Part shown: positions 50,613 to 60,094 of the stretch, in pieces
How the letters are laid out: each line of letters starts with the position of its first letter
How positions within the stretch are numbered: the first letter of the stretch is position 1
Virus record (IMG/VR): IMGVR_UViG_3300045988_067909
DNA: 64,000 nt
Strand: one strand, 5' to 3'
Origin: a virus
Position numbers and translations under genes: made by a program
The notes under the pieces: model-generated
The model's database searches: none
Seen by the model: the letters and a program-made list of their open reading frames with translations, nothing else
Told to the model about the DNA's origin: nothing

Positions 50613-50627
50613 TAAAGGAATTAAAAA

Positions 50628-51533
50628 ATGGACGAATTATTATTAGTCGATGATCTTGGTACACTATTAGAAGATACTGCCGAAAGTATTGAATCTTTAG
50701 AATCTGTGATTGAATCTTATGATGCTAAAATCCAAGAATTATTCGATAAAGAGCAACAGCTTTTAGCTGAAGGTGCTTCTGAAGTAGCAGTAGAATGCTG
50801 GTGGGCTAACGAAGCATCTAATAACCCATATATGGGTAAAGCTGGTGGAGACTTCTTTAAAACATGTCATGACCAAATGGTTAAATGGTACAAAAGCTCT
50901 AAAGTTGGCAATATCCAAGAAGTTGTCGAAAAAACAGAGAATCTTGAAATTATCCGTGCTAATGCTAAAAAGAAATTCTCTAAGAAATTTAAAGTACATA
51001 CGTTATATGGTAAACCATTATTCGATCATATTAACTTATTTACTTCTTTTATTGCAACTCCACTTAAAAATCTTTTAGGTCAATTTGAACATCTTGCTGG
51101 TTTAGTTACAGCATCTCGTGCCCGCATTCAAAGCGGTGAGTTATTTAATGATGCAATCAGAAATAACTCTTTTGGTACTACAGAAATTGGTCAATCTTTC
51201 ATCTCTTCCCATATCGATGAGATTATCAACTTCCTTGATTTTGACTGGTTGAAATTAGATCGTTTATATGTAAGCGGTATGGATGAATTAGCTAAACAAA
51301 TAGAATTGCAAATTGAAGCAAAATTCAAAGGTGCTATGCTAGCTACATACCCTATCTGGCGTTTCCAAGCTGGACGTTTTATTTTCGCTATGCATCGCCA
51401 ACAATTAGATGCTATTCGTGAAAATATGCAAACAGCTCATGATATTTGTGTATTCTTACTTAAACTTAAAGATGGTAAAAACGAATCTTATGAATTAGAG
51501 GATGCTGAACTACTTGATTTAGATATAATCTAA
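50628..51533 (+). CDS. Paralog-family protein 1 (301 aa) with an N-terminal acidic leader LLEDTAESIESLES
   Basis: Shares ...EGASE...VKWYK... with the next gene; its N-terminal leader resembles that of the 14887 gene. Confidence 0.6.
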   Translation: MDELLLVDDLGTLLEDTAESIESLESVIESYDAKIQELFDKEQQLLAEGASEVAVECWWANEASNNPYMGKAGGDFFKTCHDQMVKWYKSSKVGNIQEVVEKTENLEIIRANAKKKFSKKFKVHTLYGKPLFDHINLFTSFIATPLKNLLGQFEHLAGLVTASRARIQSGELFNDAIRNNSFGTTEIGQSFISSHIDEIINFLDFDWLKLDRLYVSGMDELAKQIELQIEAKFKGAMLATYPIWRFQAGRFIFAMHRQQLDAIRENMQTAHDICVFLLKLKDGKNESYELEDAELLDLDII

Positions 51534-51615
51534 TAACAAATATGTATAGAGCATCTTCCTTTTATAGGAAAAATATTAACGTTAATACTTTTTAATTAAA
51601 TGGAGGCTAATTAAT

Positions 51616-52518
51616 ATGGCATTCTTCACTGAATCCGTTCTAGAAGACGGTATTGTATTAGAAAATAAAGAAATGTATGCTAACGAATATGGCATAGACG
51701 CTATCATGATGGAATGTGCTGAATTCGATAAAGAAACTTTCTCTGACTTAGTAGTAGCTGATTTCCGTGAAATGGCTATGATTCATGAAGGCGCTTCTGA
51801 AGAAGCTATTCAAGAAGGCGTTATCGAAACACTTAAAAAAGTTGGTAAAAAAATCGTTGAATTCGTTAAAAAATGGTACGCTAAAATTAAAACTTTCATA
51901 TCCAATATGGTATCTAAAATCTTAGGTCGCTTCTCTTCCGATAACAAAAAAGTCTTTGAAAAATACAAAGACAAAGTTAAAGAAAACAAAGATGCGGCGT
52001 CTACAGAAATCAAATGGGTTAAAGATTGCAAAAAATGCTTCACTGCTATTGATTGCGGCGTAACTACAGCTGATATTGAAAAATTGGTGGGCCAATCTAC
52101 AACTGGTAAAGTTGAATTTTCTGATCTTAAAGAAATTAAAACTCAAGTTAAAAACTTGATGGGCTTGAAAGATCAAGATGGTGACATCACTACTAATTCT
52201 GTAATTAAACACTTCATTGGTGAAGAAATCGATTCCACTTTTGGTAAAGAACAAGCTGACATTGAACGTACATTACAAAATGGTGATGCTGCTATGAAAG
52301 CTATCCAAACTACTGGTAATACTGCTCAATCTCTTATCAAAACTTCTGAAAGTTTGTTCAAAAACCCTAAAGAAAATGAAAGCAAACGCTACACTATGTA
52401 TCGTCAAGCTGTAATGCAATTTACTGCAGCTGCAAATACTTTGATCAAAGGTCAAATCGCTGCAGCTCAATTAGTATTGCGTCTTGCACGTACTGCTTAC
52501 ATCAAAGCTGCTAAATAA
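51616..52518 (+). CDS. Paralog-family protein 2 (300 aa), abundant (codon-biased)
   Basis: MIHEGASEEAIQEG...VKKWYAKIK parallels LLAEGASEVAVECW...MVKWYKSSK in 50628; highly-expressed codon usage. Confidence 0.65.
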   Translation: MAFFTESVLEDGIVLENKEMYANEYGIDAIMMECAEFDKETFSDLVVADFREMAMIHEGASEEAIQEGVIETLKKVGKKIVEFVKKWYAKIKTFISNMVSKILGRFSSDNKKVFEKYKDKVKENKDAASTEIKWVKDCKKCFTAIDCGVTTADIEKLVGQSTTGKVEFSDLKEIKTQVKNLMGLKDQDGDITTNSVIKHFIGEEIDSTFGKEQADIERTLQNGDAAMKAIQTTGNTAQSLIKTSESLFKNPKENESKRYTMYRQAVMQFTAAANTLIKGQIAAAQLVLRLARTAYIKAAK

Positions 52519-52558
52519 TTTTAGTTTACTCGTAAACTGACTATTATGTAAAATAATT

Positions 52559-52603
52559 TATAAGGTATGGGGTACATCCTCATACCTTATAAATATTTTT
52601 TTA
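52559..52603 (+). terminator. Hairpin ATAAGGTATGGGG-tacat-CCTCATACCTTAT plus T8
   Basis: 13-bp stem with one mismatch, followed by ATATTTTTTTAT. Confidence 0.55.
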
Positions 52604-52614
52604 TGAGGTAACTT

Positions 52615-54714
52615 ATGGAAAATAAACAATTCTCCTTTAGTTATATTATGGATGCTACTAATAATAAGTTGGTTACTGGTAAATGTGATATTTCCCGTAA
52701 ACAATTTATGTATTCTCTAGTAGAAGATATCCGTAACCACGAAGCTAAAGGTCTACAAGAATTCTACCGTGGTGTATTATCCGCTGACGGTGATGTAGTT
52801 AAATACAAAGCCGTAAGTGAAAACTTATATAACGTATACCGTAAGAACTTAAAGTCTATTGTAGAAGCATATGGTAAATCTTACAATGATGCTGTATCTA
52901 CATTAGCTTATGTAAGTTCTAAAGATAAACGTTTCTTAAAAGAATTTGCTAACCAAGCTGACTGTAAAGGACTTAAACTTAAGAAGTTATTCTTCGAAGA
53001 GTCTAAGTATACTCCAGCAGTTAAAGATGCTTTCAAATCTATTAGCAAAATCTATGAAAACTTCTACCATAGCTCTAAAGAAGATCTTGATGGTGTGATT
53101 AAAACTATCAGTGAAAACTTCAATGTATTAGAGTCTGGTATTCGTGGTTCTGTAATGGGTAAAGAAGATCATTTGACTTATATGCAATTGATTGAGAAAG
53201 TCGAAAACCCTACTATTGAAGCTCGTGAAGTTACTTTAGAAGACGCTAGTGAATTATTGAAAACACTAGATACTAATAAGAAAGAAAAGCTTACTGATCT
53301 TAAGACTGGTAAAGAAAATGCTATCAAAGAATATGACTATATCTTTGGTAAATTAGATTCCATGAAGATTGGTGAAATCAATGCTGATACTGTACGTGAA
53401 GTGGCTAAACTTGAACAAGCTTTGTTACATCAATTACAAGAAATGGCATTGACTGATTTGTATAAATACAATCATTCTATCTTCTTAGCTGAGAAAGCTA
53501 TTGAATCTGATCGTGTAACTTTACTTAAAGCTATTTACTTAACAGCACCAGAAGCCATTTCTAAAAACTCTGATATCAAATTGGCTACTTCTCTTGTAGC
53601 ATTGACTTCTAGTGATAAAGATGGTTTAGCTGAATTAGAACACTTGATCAAATTAAGCGAAACATCTGTAAATCTTGAAGCGTGTATTCTTGAAGCATCT
53701 ACATTTGCTAAGAAAATTGATGTGGAAAACAAACTTCAACGAATCAACGAAGGAGTAGCTGATAAGTTCTCTGGTTTCTTAGGTAAACTTAAAGACTTTA
53801 TCAATAATATCTACACTAAATCTTCTGATTGGTTCAAGAAGTTCACTGGTATCTCTAAAGAGTATATCCAAAAGAATATGGCTGTAATGGACAAAGAGTT
53901 CAAAGCTATTAGTGATCTTAAAATGTTTGACTATGATAAAGCTAAAGCTAATATTAGCAACGCTGGCTTAATCAACAACTTATCTTCTAAGATTACTTCT
54001 GATACTCAAGCTATTGCTAGTGGCTCTAAATCTGTAGATGATGCTGTTAAAGAATTGGAAAACTCTTTAGTTGGCAACACTGAAGGTGAAACTTTCAAAG
54101 ATAAATGTAAGACATTCTTCTATGGTTCTAAAGAAGTAGTATCTTATCAAATCAAGAATATGAAAGAATTGGCTGAGTACTGCTTAAATATCGATAACTT
54201 AACTAAGTTATTTGAATCTGATAAGAATAAAGCATTAGCTGATGTAGACAACTTGATTAAATTGGCTAATACTAACCAACAACAAAAAGCAAATGAATCT
54301 GCGTTCTTATACAATGATCAATTATTCTTAGAAGATGATGCTAATGGTGGTAATAACCCAGCACCAGCAAATAATGGTAATCAACCATCTCAACCAGCAG
54401 CTAATAACCAACAACAAAATCAAAAGACTATCGGTAATCAAGATAGTAAAGATTCTTTGTCTGGTAAAATCAATGAAAACCCTAATAAACCTAATGGTAG
54501 TGGTAATAATAATGTACAGCAATATGCTAAACGTGTAACTTCCACAGTGGCTACATTGATGTCTATTCGTATTGCTGCAGCTGAACGTTTTGCTTCTGAT
54601 TTCTATAAAATCATTAAGCAACACGTTAAATATTACGAAGGGGATAATGGTAATAATAACCAACAACAACAAACCCAAGGTAATGATGATCAACAAAATC
54701 AACCTGCTAAGTAA
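52615..54714 (+). CDS. Large protein with a Q/N-rich low-complexity C-terminal region (699 aa)
   Basis: C-terminal ~150 aa rich in N/Q/G/P (NGGNNPAPANNGNQPSQPAANNQQQNQ...GDNGNNNQQQQTQGNDDQQNQ). Confidence 0.65.
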   Translation: MENKQFSFSYIMDATNNKLVTGKCDISRKQFMYSLVEDIRNHEAKGLQEFYRGVLSADGDVVKYKAVSENLYNVYRKNLKSIVEAYGKSYNDAVSTLAYVSSKDKRFLKEFANQADCKGLKLKKLFFEESKYTPAVKDAFKSISKIYENFYHSSKEDLDGVIKTISENFNVLESGIRGSVMGKEDHLTYMQLIEKVENPTIEAREVTLEDASELLKTLDTNKKEKLTDLKTGKENAIKEYDYIFGKLDSMKIGEINADTVREVAKLEQALLHQLQEMALTDLYKYNHSIFLAEKAIESDRVTLLKAIYLTAPEAISKNSDIKLATSLVALTSSDKDGLAELEHLIKLSETSVNLEACILEASTFAKKIDVENKLQRINEGVADKFSGFLGKLKDFINNIYTKSSDWFKKFTGISKEYIQKNMAVMDKEFKAISDLKMFDYDKAKANISNAGLINNLSSKITSDTQAIASGSKSVDDAVKELENSLVGNTEGETFKDKCKTFFYGSKEVVSYQIKNMKELAEYCLNIDNLTKLFESDKNKALADVDNLIKLANTNQQQKANESAFLYNDQLFLEDDANGGNNPAPANNGNQPSQPAANNQQQNQKTIGNQDSKDSLSGKINENPNKPNGSGNNNVQQYAKRVTSTVATLMSIRIAAAERFASDFYKIIKQHVKYYEGDNGNNNQQQQTQGNDDQQNQPAK

Positions 54715-54726
54715 ATAAAAGAAACT

Positions 54727-54751
54727 CCCATATAGGCAATGCCTATATGGG
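54727..54751. terminator. Bidirectional terminator hairpin CCCATATAGG-caatg-CCTATATGGG plus ATTCTTTTT (TATAGGCAATGCCTATA family)
   Basis: 10-bp perfect stem between convergent genes. Confidence 0.65.
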
Positions 54752-54762
54752 ATTCTTTTTGT

Positions 54763-57063
54763 CTATTCTTTCTTTTTCCCAGAAGGAAGTTTATGGAATG
54801 TAAGAATTGTATTGGCTACAAGTGTAGTACCATTATTATCATATACTTCTTGTTTAGAAACTAGTATATACTCACCACTACGTGTAGTTTTTTCTGTTTC
54901 ATTACTAATCATATATTTAATATTGATATTGAATATATCATTGTCCAATTCTAGCTTATGAACTGTAATAGTAGTCTTTTGTAAATCTAATGCATGTTTA
55001 ATATTCTTTAAGATATTGATATTGTCATTAGGTAAACGAATAATCTTTTGCTTAGCTAATGTCTCTACTGTATCTAAAGCAATACTTACTAAGGATTCAC
55101 CATCAGAACCTATATCACCTAAGTCTTTAAAACTATCAATAGATAATTGAGCACCTTGTTTGATTACATTAAATGTATCACGCATACTATTGAATTGCTG
55201 TCTATACATTTGCTTATTATCTATAAACATTTGCTTAGCAGAGTCGGCTTGTGATTTAAAGTCCTTAATTACCATATTGCCACCCTCAAGCAATTTATTA
55301 CTAAAGTCTGTGGGTATACCCTGGGCCTTGTCTACAAACGCCTTTATCGTTGCACCAGCATTCCTATTTAGCTTGTTTGAGGCATCCATAGTCGCTGTAT
55401 CTTTTGTAATTCCTTTACCATAAGCATCAGCACTAGTAAACATCTCTTGAAATGGGGCACTAAATTTCTTTAAGTGTTTTAAATCTACTTCTTTGTATTG
55501 TCTAGAATCTACTGGGTCTTTTGGATTAATACAATATGTAACCTTATCTGGTAAATCCATTAACGTTGTGGATATATTACCTATATTTTGAGACCAACCT
55601 ACAAACCCTCTAGAGAATTGTGCCATACCTTTCTTATGTGTAGCATCAGTTTTCTCAGCATCTTTCTTAAAGTCCCAGCAAGATGTTTGTAAACTACCTA
55701 GATTATCTTGGAAGTTTATAGGCTTAATACCACCTACATAGTTTTTAGTTCCTTCGATATTATATATCTGGCCAGTATATGCTTTTACATACTCATCAAA
55801 GTTAGGTATACATTTATTGATGTATTTACCATACTTATCGTTAGCTTCATTTATCTGAGTCAGTATATTCTTTACATCATCTATTTGACCGATTTGTTGT
55901 AATGCTTCCTGTGGTAAAGATGCTATAGTTGCTTTAGTCTGATTGTATAGATCTAGAGTAGTTGTTTTAAAATCATCAACCTGCTCTTTCATTTCAATCA
56001 TTCTACCCTTAATCTCATATGTAGTTCTATGTATATTCTGGACTACATTGCGTACTTGTCCAGAGAAGACTTTTACATTGTCCATGATATTAAGGATATT
56101 CTTATAAGCACCTAAGATACCGCCAAACCCTTTATGTTTCTTTAGGAATGATTCTTGCTTTTGTTTAGATGCATCAACTACAGCAGCGATACCTTCCATG
56201 GATTTGTCTATTAGATCATCGCTATTAAAGTTAGTATCGTTCATAGGCACAATCATATCATACACTTTATCTGTATCATTTGTTTCTATACCACGAACCA
56301 TACCATCTTCACCCATCAAAGGTTTTACATCAATCTTAATGGTTGGATATCTATCATTCTTACGTAATACAGATTTACCAGCTTTAGATACAAGATATGT
56401 ATTATCAAAATCCATAAAGAATCTATAACCAGTCTCATAGAATACTTTTACACTGTTTAAGTAGTCTAAAGACTTTGATAGGGATTCTTTTGGGGATAAT
56501 ATCAATTGAGGAATAGGGTCTTTATAATCAAATGGTTCCATTAGTAATGGGATACCATTATTTAATAACTGCATAACTATATCTTGCATATTAGAATTGT
56601 ATACAGTTAGATTGGCTGGTTTTTGTAACGCATCAGCTAATCGCTTAGATAATAGGCCGACACGAATAAGTCTAAACTTATCTTTGTTTTCAGCTTCTTC
56701 TTTCGTTGGGGCTTTATTATCCCATTCTTTATTAGGGTTTACATCACCCTCAATGAGATATGTACATTCTTCTTTTATATAAGCCTCTACTATATTTGTA
56801 GTCGACTGTGTATTAGTATTCTTCTTATTAATAGTCAATATTATAGTTGATTCTTTATTATCTTTAATCATTAAGTCAACTATATTCGTATCGACACTCA
56901 TAGTCACCGTTATAATCGGCATATTAAGATCATCATATTCTTTATTGATGATAATCTGTTTTATATTCTCTTGCTCTATAGGATATGATTTTGATTCATT
57001 ACCACCACGATGGTTAAAATCTATCCTAGCCATATATTCATAAGTGAGCTGCATATGTATCAC
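54763..57063 (-). CDS. Large hypothetical structural-type protein (766 aa)
   Basis: Long ORF in the minus-strand block; no catalytic motif seen. Confidence 0.65.
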   Translation of the reverse strand: MIHMQLTYEYMARIDFNHRGGNESKSYPIEQENIKQIIINKEYDDLNMPIITVTMSVDTNIVDLMIKDNKESTIILTINKKNTNTQSTTNIVEAYIKEECTYLIEGDVNPNKEWDNKAPTKEEAENKDKFRLIRVGLLSKRLADALQKPANLTVYNSNMQDIVMQLLNNGIPLLMEPFDYKDPIPQLILSPKESLSKSLDYLNSVKVFYETGYRFFMDFDNTYLVSKAGKSVLRKNDRYPTIKIDVKPLMGEDGMVRGIETNDTDKVYDMIVPMNDTNFNSDDLIDKSMEGIAAVVDASKQKQESFLKKHKGFGGILGAYKNILNIMDNVKVFSGQVRNVVQNIHRTTYEIKGRMIEMKEQVDDFKTTTLDLYNQTKATIASLPQEALQQIGQIDDVKNILTQINEANDKYGKYINKCIPNFDEYVKAYTGQIYNIEGTKNYVGGIKPINFQDNLGSLQTSCWDFKKDAEKTDATHKKGMAQFSRGFVGWSQNIGNISTTLMDLPDKVTYCINPKDPVDSRQYKEVDLKHLKKFSAPFQEMFTSADAYGKGITKDTATMDASNKLNRNAGATIKAFVDKAQGIPTDFSNKLLEGGNMVIKDFKSQADSAKQMFIDNKQMYRQQFNSMRDTFNVIKQGAQLSIDSFKDLGDIGSDGESLVSIALDTVETLAKQKIIRLPNDNINILKNIKHALDLQKTTITVHKLELDNDIFNINIKYMISNETEKTTRSGEYILVSKQEVYDNNGTTLVANTILTFHKLPSGKKKE

Positions 57064-57082
57064 CTCAAGAAAAAAAAATAAA

Positions 57083-57110
57083 GTACAAGGACCGATAGTG
57101 GCCCTTGTAC
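57083..57110 (-). terminator. Minus-strand terminator hairpin GTACAAGG(A)CC...GG(C)CCTTGTAC with a downstream T-run (the A-run at 57069-57080 on the plus strand)
   Basis: 8-10 bp stem plus A8 on the plus strand. Confidence 0.45.
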
Positions 57111-57124
57111 TAGAATGTTGAGGA

Positions 57125-58213
57125 TTATAGTCTAGTTAGATCTAATGGGTGGTTAGAGAAGTACTTATTATTAAGACTCTTTACCATATCAGGATCTATT
57201 AGATTTACATTCCATCTGATATCCTCAACTGGTTTACCAGCTAATATATACTTATTGTATTGATGTAGCACATCAACTGCTTTAAAGTTACTAAATACTT
57301 TATTAGGGTCTAAGTTCTTATTTAATAACTGACATAGTTCAGCTATATCAGCAAAGCTACTGATATAGTTTGTACGTTTATGTGCTAAGAACTGTGGTAC
57401 TGTTTTAATAATCTTATCAGTACGTATACCTGTACCACTCACACTACGTTGTTTTACTCCTAATAATGCCATGATTAAACTTAAAGCATCTCTAGGGATA
57501 GTTCCAATTAGTTCTGGTTCAGATATATTACGTTTAAGACTATCAATATATTCTAAGATACAGTTATCAATATTGATAGCTTTACACTCTAATTCGCCAT
57601 ATCTATACAAATGCTTAATCTGTACAGTCTGTGTCATAGATATAGGAATCAATTGATGATTCATTACTGATCTACTTAGAATGATATTAGGATTATAGTT
57701 ACCACTAGCAAACTCATCATTCATAATAGAATAGATTGATACTGATGGATCTACTGGAGCCTCAATAAAGTATATATCAGGAAGATACTTACAAAGTATA
57801 TTCAATACGTACATATTATGCTCAAGATATTCCTTGATACCTATAGACATTTCATAATCATTTAATGAATTCTGATTATAAGTTGGTAACTCATCTACAG
57901 CGGTAGGAAAATATCCTGTAGTGTATATTAAGAAGAACTTCGTATGTACACCAAAGTATCTTCTATAGAAGTCTCTATAGTGACCAACTAAGTTAGTTAT
58001 ATATGCTACTAAGTCATGTTTAGCTATAAGAAGCATATTATTCTTATAGAAGTCTCTAAAGATATGATACAAGTCTATATAGATATTTAAACCTGTAGCG
58101 TCACTATTAGCAAACTCTCTAATAGTTAAATCATTTAATACACGATAAGGAATCATATTAGATATAATGATTCCTTCTACGCTAGCTTTATATCTTGATT
58201 GTAATTCTTGCAT
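57125..58213 (-). CDS. Hypothetical protein (362 aa)
   Basis: ORF; SD GGAGGTAATAG. Confidence 0.6.
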   Translation of the reverse strand: MQELQSRYKASVEGIIISNMIPYRVLNDLTIREFANSDATGLNIYIDLYHIFRDFYKNNMLLIAKHDLVAYITNLVGHYRDFYRRYFGVHTKFFLIYTTGYFPTAVDELPTYNQNSLNDYEMSIGIKEYLEHNMYVLNILCKYLPDIYFIEAPVDPSVSIYSIMNDEFASGNYNPNIILSRSVMNHQLIPISMTQTVQIKHLYRYGELECKAINIDNCILEYIDSLKRNISEPELIGTIPRDALSLIMALLGVKQRSVSGTGIRTDKIIKTVPQFLAHKRTNYISSFADIAELCQLLNKNLDPNKVFSNFKAVDVLHQYNKYILAGKPVEDIRWNVNLIDPDMVKSLNNKYFSNHPLDLTRL

Positions 58214-58249
58214 TGTCTATTACCTCCTATAGTTATAATATATAACTAA

Positions 58250-58663
58250 TTAGGCATTTCCACAATACTTACAATGCACAGAGTTTCTTAGTTTACGTAA
58301 ACATGTATTACATATCGGAGTAGAGAATCCTTTAGGTGGAGATGATTGTGTTTTACCACAGATGATACAAGTAAATGGTAAACGTTCTGCTTTAGCTAAT
58401 CGCTCTAGACAGCTATCACAAAACATTAGTTTCATATCACGTACATCACGTTGGTCTATCTTATGACATGCTTGACATTCAAAATCCCAATATTGTACAT
58501 ACCCTGGGTCTTCATTATCAAACTTACATGTTTCCCAAATACATCTACCATTATTATTTAAGTATACACAAGTTTTTCTTTCACATTTCTCAAACTGTTC
58601 ATAAGGGGGTTGTGTATCACCCTTTAGTTTGTTTTCTTCTGATTGACCGCTACCAAAACTCAT
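58250..58663 (-). CDS. Cys-rich multi-zinc-ribbon protein (137 aa)
   Basis: About 16 Cys arranged as repeated CxxC pairs (CQAC, CDSC, CIIC, CNTC, CKYC). Confidence 0.6.
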   Translation of the reverse strand: MSFGSGQSEENKLKGDTQPPYEQFEKCERKTCVYLNNNGRCIWETCKFDNEDPGYVQYWDFECQACHKIDQRDVRDMKLMFCDSCLERLAKAERLPFTCIICGKTQSSPPKGFSTPICNTCLRKLRNSVHCKYCGNA

Positions 58664-59280
58664 TTCTTTTCACCAGATTTCTTTTTAGAATTAGTACGTT
58701 TACGACGTTTCTTTTGTATAGGTTTCTTAGTGTCCTTATTTGGCTTTGTAACTTCACGTATAGCTTTAGTTATACCATCAATTACTTCTTTATTAGATAC
58801 AGCTGCACCACTAAGTAATGGAGAGATATCTTCATGGTATTTAGGGTTCTTTTGGATATCCTTAAACTTTTCAGCCATATCTTTTATACCATTTACCGTA
58901 GAGTTAGGTGATTTTTTATACCATCTATCAATCTTAGCATCTACTTCTTTGATTTCTTCTTTAGTTAGCTTTAGATCATCTTCATCTAACTCTAAACGAC
59001 GCATTGCCTCTACTCCATATATCATAGAGTCTACTTTATCACCATCAGTATCAGCTTTAACTTTTTCTTTAGGTGGTGCTGGTGGTCTAATAGGTTTTTT
59101 ACTATCAGGAAGCTGAATAGAAATATTTTTACCAAACTGTGGTGGTGTAGTCCCTTTAGGTACAAAGAATCCTGGACCATTTGGTACTTGATATAAATCG
59201 TATTCAGGTTCTTCTTTTTTACCTCTAAGCTTTTGCCATAATCTTTTAGCCCAGGTGTTTATAATCTGTTTCAATGTCAT
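58660..59280 (-). CDS. Basic protein with a K/R-rich C-terminus (206 aa)
   Basis: ATGA overlap with the downstream gene; C-terminal KKRRKRTNSKKKSGEKK. Confidence 0.6.
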   Translation of the reverse strand: MTLKQIINTWAKRLWQKLRGKKEEPEYDLYQVPNGPGFFVPKGTTPPQFGKNISIQLPDSKKPIRPPAPPKEKVKADTDGDKVDSMIYGVEAMRRLELDEDDLKLTKEEIKEVDAKIDRWYKKSPNSTVNGIKDMAEKFKDIQKNPKYHEDISPLLSGAAVSNKEVIDGITKAIREVTKPNKDTKKPIQKKRRKRTNSKKKSGEKK

Positions 59281-59290
59281 AGTCTCCTCC

Positions 59291-60010
59291 CTATTTAATA
59301 ATATAATCTATCTCTTTAGTTATACCTTGATTCTCTAAAGATTTAGATATACCTTTGGCTTGTTTCTTAGTATATACTTTATCCATAAAGTATATATCTA
59401 TTTCAACTCTAGGTTTTACTGAATAGAATCGTCTTACTGAACCATCTATAACTAGAGTATCATCTAACCAGATATTAGAATTAAACATATCAGAATACTT
59501 CTTACCAATATTATCCCAGTCTGGCTTAGATAGTGGTCTTATTAAACCAACTTCAGCTAATGCAGTTTCTTTCTTATTAAAATATTGTGGTGTTTTAAGA
59601 TAAGCATTAAACTCAACTATAGTTGGAGTATAAAGCATTTGCTGTATTTGATTTAGCTCACCAGAGTCTATCATACGACGCATACTACTATTGTCTTCTA
59701 ACCCAGTTGGTGAATATACTTTAACAAATGAGCCATTACTTAAAGCAGCATTTGCTAAGTTATATCTATTAACTAATTGGAACCTAGGTCTTGGTGCACC
59801 CTCAGGTTCTTCATATAGTATAACTCTAATATGACTATATTGTGTACTATCTATAGCATTATGATATGCTTCCATAATCTCAGCTTGTTGTTTATTACTA
59901 ATACCTAGTTCATTAGATATGAATTGTAGTCTATCATAATGATCACTAGGTATTTCTCCATATTTCTCTTCATATTGTAAGAGCTTCTCATGTCTTGTTT
60001 TACGTTTCAT
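59291..60010 (-). CDS. Hypothetical protein (239 aa)
   Basis: ORF; SD AAAGGAGGACAC. Confidence 0.6.
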   Translation of the reverse strand: MKRKTRHEKLLQYEEKYGEIPSDHYDRLQFISNELGISNKQQAEIMEAYHNAIDSTQYSHIRVILYEEPEGAPRPRFQLVNRYNLANAALSNGSFVKVYSPTGLEDNSSMRRMIDSGELNQIQQMLYTPTIVEFNAYLKTPQYFNKKETALAEVGLIRPLSKPDWDNIGKKYSDMFNSNIWLDDTLVIDGSVRRFYSVKPRVEIDIYFMDKVYTKKQAKGISKSLENQGITKEIDYIIK

Positions 60011-60042
60011 GCTATAAGTGTCCTCCTTTCTGTGAATAAAAA

Positions 60043-60073
60043 CCCCGATAAGACACTTATGGTCTTATCGGGA
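60043..60073. terminator. Hairpin CCCGATAAGAC-actta-tg-GTCTTATCGGG flanked by A-run and T-run
   Basis: 11-bp perfect stem; AATAAAAA on the left and ATGTTTTTG on the right. Confidence 0.55.
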
Positions 60074-60094
60074 TGTTTTTGTTCTTATATTAAA

